DNA from: Felis catus
Taxonomy: Eukaryota
Length of the DNA stretch: 64,000 bases
NCBI RefSeq assembly: GCF_018350175.1
Contig: NC_058368.1
Span: 102,550,001-102,614,000 of the forward strand
Reading direction: 5' to 3'
The translations under genes were made by a program, and so were the position numbers. Under the pieces are notes generated by a model, which saw only the letters and a list, made by a program, of their open reading frames with translations, was not told where the DNA came from and did no database searches. This document shows positions 63,927 to 64,000 of the stretch, one piece after another. Each line of letters opens with the position of its first letter. The stretch's first letter is position 1.

Positions 63927-64000
63927 AGGAAAGATTTCATTGAGTTTGTACCCAGACCACATAGACTCTGTGAGGAGACCTGGCCCCCGGTGTGTTTCCT

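Noticed and set aside
487..63940. Dozens of short ORFs such as MAQSVKRLTSAQVMISR…, GAPGWRSRLSVRLQPGHDL… and GQRETEHERGRGRERGRHRIG…
   Set aside because: They are translations of CAN-SINE copies in different frames, not genes.
1..64000. CRISPR array or other prokaryotic-type system
   Set aside because: Sequence is mammalian; the repeats are dispersed SINEs with TSDs, not regularly spaced repeat-spacer arrays, and there are no operon-like ORFs.

Overview
Mammalian (felid, cat-family) genomic DNA, identified from dense CAN-SINE/SINEC elements including a young felid-type subfamily. The window holds the 5' end of ZNF608 on the minus strand: two candidate promoters/first exons (~33.1-34.1 kb and ~35.4-35.9 kb) and the large first coding exon (30982-32085; CDS 30982-31887, 302 codons). 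About 31 kb of the following long intron lies at lower coordinates (next exon not seen) and about 28 kb of repeat-rich upstream DNA at higher coordinates. The intron carries an old, degenerate, two-LTR class I endogenous retrovirus (16350-25011, antisense to the gene) with gag, integrase-tail and env-TM remnants, plus a small CpG island at ~13.1 kb. No prokaryotic-type system is present. The most interesting signals are around the coding exon. Back-splicing it would give a circRNA ORF closed by a new stop 6 codons after the junction, as in circ-ZNF609. Its 5' UTR has a U27 tract and an overlapping uORF. A 14-bp palindrome with an IRX-type core also occurs twice upstream. All functional readings are inference from sequence only; repeat boundaries are by eye.
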